This document shows positions 63,746 to 64,000 of a stretch of DNA of 64,000 nt, in pieces. Source of the DNA: Octopus bimaculoides. Its lineage: Eukaryota. The notes beneath the pieces are model-generated. The model was not told where the DNA came from. It ran no database searches and worked only from the letters and a program-made list of their open reading frames with translations. How positions within the stretch are numbered: the stretch's first letter is position 1; each line of letters starts with the position of its first letter. The DNA lies in contig NC_068990.1 of the NCBI RefSeq assembly GCF_001194135.2, forward strand, positions 14,515,997 through 14,579,996, written 5' to 3'. Made by a program: the position numbers and the translations under genes.

Positions 63746-64000
63746 TATACACTTTATGTATGATACATATATGGCTATAGCAACTATATTAACTATTAGT
63801 GAATTTCTAATATTTAATACATTTTCCTAGATAACTTGTCTTCTCGATTCAAAATTTTCCTAATAGGATATTTTGTCACTCAGATTTTTTAATATATAAA
63901 GCCCTTTATTCATTTATTTTTTAATTTATTTGTCATTTATTTTTTATCTAATTATTTGTGTAATTGTAAAATTATCTTATGGACATCCTTACAATTAAAA

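Overview
AT-rich, microsatellite-dense, gapped animal genomic DNA. The repeat landscape suggests Octopus (inference, not checked). The whole window lies inside one large minus-strand gene. I reconstructed 37 consecutive, phase-compatible GT-AG exons (62419 down to 235; 5471 nt, about 1823 aa; both ends lie outside the window). They encode a secreted gel-forming mucin / SCO-spondin / hemocytin-like protein: C8-TIL-E-TIL-E-VWD(GDPH)-C8-TIL-E, then a mosaic of LDLa-like, VWC-like, TIL and two degenerate discoidin (FA58C-like) modules separated by short Thr/Ser/Pro-rich linkers. The introns hold tRNA-derived SINE families, RTE/CR1/R4-type LINE fragments, a full-length decayed Hsmar1-like mariner, a fold-back mariner derivative, and Tc1/pogo/piggyBac-type MITEs, some nested. 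The most unusual signals are three hammerhead-ribozyme-like motifs of the Penelope/retrozyme type (one inside a tRNA-headed SINE, one in the sense strand of an intron), the protein architecture, and a SINE-LINE shared 3' tail. All family assignments were made by eye, with no database search.
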